Below are positions 62,287 through 64,000 of a stretch of DNA of 64,000 nucleotides, piece after piece. Position numbers and translations under genes: made by a program. The notes under the pieces are model-generated. The model was not told where the DNA came from. It did not search any database and saw only the letters and a list, made by a program, of their open reading frames with translations. Positions within the stretch are counted from its first letter, which is position 1, and every line of letters begins with the position of its first letter. Source of the stretch: an uncultured delta proteobacterium (GTDB lineage: Bacteria; Desulfobacterota; Syntrophia; Syntrophales; Smithellaceae); NCBI GenBank assembly GCA_963753975.1, contig CAVWEH010000002.1, positions 320,001 to 384,000 on the forward strand. Reading direction: 5' to 3'.

Positions 62287-63759
62287 TTATTGCCCGGATA
62301 ACTCTTCCGGCGGTAAAATCCTCAGTCTGCTGTGTTTCCGACTATAGAAGAAGTAAATGATTATACCTACCGCCATCCAAACAAAGAGGCGTATCCAAGT
62401 GTCAACCGGCAAAAACGCCATCTGGAGAAGGGTCACGAAAGCGCCGGCTATGGGAACGAACGGAACCCAGGGCGTGCGGAACACGCGCGGAATTTCCGGA
62501 TGACGGTAGCGCAGCACGAGCACGCCTATACATACGATGACAAACGCTAACAGCGTGCCTATGGAAACCAGTTCACCGAGGATATTAATGGGAAAGGTGC
62601 CGGACACCATTACCGCAGTACACCCGGTGAGAATCGTCGGTATGTACGGAGTCTTGAAACGCGGATGCACGCGGGCAAACGCCGCAGGCAGTAAACCGTC
62701 GCGCGCCATGGAAAAAAAGATGCGCGGCTGGGCCATGAGCAGCACGAGCACTACGGAACTCAGGCCGGCAAGGGCACCGATCTTAATGAACGGCCGGAGC
62801 CAAGCAATGCCCGGACCTGCAGCATTGACAGCGACGGCAATGGGATCCGGGACTGCCAGGTTCGTATACTTCATGATGCCGGTAAGCACCCCAGTCATGA
62901 GGATAAAAATGATAGTGCAGATGGCGAGCGAACCTAGAATGCCGATCGGCATGTCGCGCTGAGGCTTGCGCGCTTCCTGAGCCGCGGTTGAAACCGCGTC
63001 AAAACCGATGTAGGCGAAAAAGATCACGCCTGCACCGCGCACCACGCCGCTCCAGCCGAATGATCCGAACTGGCCGGTATTATCGGGCAGAAAGGGCGAC
63101 CAATTGGCAAGTTTGATGAAAAACAAGCCTACGCCGACAAAGAGAACAATAACAATCAGCTTGATAAACACGATGACATTGTTAAACCGTGCCGATTCGC
63201 GGATGCCGATGACCAGGAGTGTGGTCATGAGTCCGACGATAAAAATGGCCGGACAATTCAGAATTGCGCCGGTTGCATGCCAGCCGCCTGTGGCAGAATA
63301 GGCCAGCGGTGCCTGACAGAAAGCCGCCGGGATCTTGATATGAAAATCTTTTAGAAAACTGACCATATATCCCGACCAGCCAACCGCAACTGTTGATGCG
63401 CCGAAAAGGTATTCGAGCACAAGGTCCCAGCCGATGATCCACGCCAGAAATTCACCCAGTGTCGCATAAGCATAAGTATAAGCACTGCCTGAAATCGGGA
63501 TCATGGAAGCGAATTCCGCGTAGCATAGGCCTGCCAGCGCGCACCCGATTGCCGAAAGGACGAACGAAAGCACGATTGCCGGACCGGCGTAAGTTGCCGC
63601 AGCCTGGCCGGACAACACAAAAATTCCTGCGCCGATAATAACGCCTATCCCAAGGCTAATCAGTCCCCAGGGGCCGAGAACCCGTTTCAGCTTATGTTGC
63701 TCGACTTCAGGCTCTTGCATGATAAGTTGCAGTGGTTTTCGCGCAAATAAACATTTCAT
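62287..63759 (-). CDS. APC-superfamily amino acid permease
   Basis: IIGAGIF, CYAEFAS..P.SGSAYTY, FFAYIGFDAVST, RDGLLP. Confidence 0.95.
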   Translation of the reverse strand: MKCLFARKPLQLIMQEPEVEQHKLKRVLGPWGLISLGIGVIIGAGIFVLSGQAAATYAGPAIVLSFVLSAIGCALAGLCYAEFASMIPISGSAYTYAYATLGEFLAWIIGWDLVLEYLFGASTVAVGWSGYMVSFLKDFHIKIPAAFCQAPLAYSATGGWHATGAILNCPAIFIVGLMTTLLVIGIRESARFNNVIVFIKLIVIVLFVGVGLFFIKLANWSPFLPDNTGQFGSFGWSGVVRGAGVIFFAYIGFDAVSTAAQEARKPQRDMPIGILGSLAICTIIFILMTGVLTGIMKYTNLAVPDPIAVAVNAAGPGIAWLRPFIKIGALAGLSSVVLVLLMAQPRIFFSMARDGLLPAAFARVHPRFKTPYIPTILTGCTAVMVSGTFPINILGELVSIGTLLAFVIVCIGVLVLRYRHPEIPRVFRTPWVPFVPIAGAFVTLLQMAFLPVDTWIRLFVWMAVGIIIYFFYSRKHSRLRILPPEELSGQ

Positions 63760-64000
63760 AGTTCAATTATTGTCGGATTGATAGGGTATTGTTTTTTCCG
63801 GGTTAACTGTACGTCGGCTCAATACATCTGAATTCAATTTGTTAAGATCGTACATCTTTTATGCTTTCGACGACCTCCTTACATAATAAAGTTTATTTAC
63901 CTCATCGATTTTGATTTAGGTCGTTCAAATATTCGGAAATTGTATAGCAATAGCAATTACATGCTGAAATATTACATATTTATAGAAATTCGTCAATCGA

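Overview
A 64 kb chromosomal segment from an anaerobic bacterium. Gene content and order suggest a Syntrophales/Smithella-like deltaproteobacterium (inference only). It is mostly housekeeping: pyrK/pyrD, rimI, mannose-class PTS IIA/IIB/IIC, a MetF-MetV fusion, uppP, rpsF-rpsR-DUF2232-rplI-dnaB, rpoH / diadenylate cyclase-clpB-htpX, ispE-tRNA-Gln-prs-rplY-pth-hppA, a stand-alone EF-G, and three tRNAs. The left end, beyond the tRNA-Leu 3' end, looks like an island edge with a HerA-type ATPase remnant. A recD remnant lies at about 10.4 kb, and a cluster of broken genes lies at 46-54.6 kb. The most interesting signal is non-coding: several nested small repeat families with no transposase in the window. 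(1) A modular hairpin family (AATGA-RAC / stem / AGTCGAAT / ATCCCG..CGGGAT) forms a six-unit array at 34.4-34.85 kb and recurs in at least five other intergenic gaps. (2) A ~126-nt structured member occurs in three copies with compensatory changes and GNRA loops. (3) A 22-bp REP-like unit sits inside the hairpin loops of other elements. (4) A ~110-117-bp MITE has one copy translated in frame inside a dehydrogenase and another supplying the rimI stop codon. All calls are by eye, without database searches.
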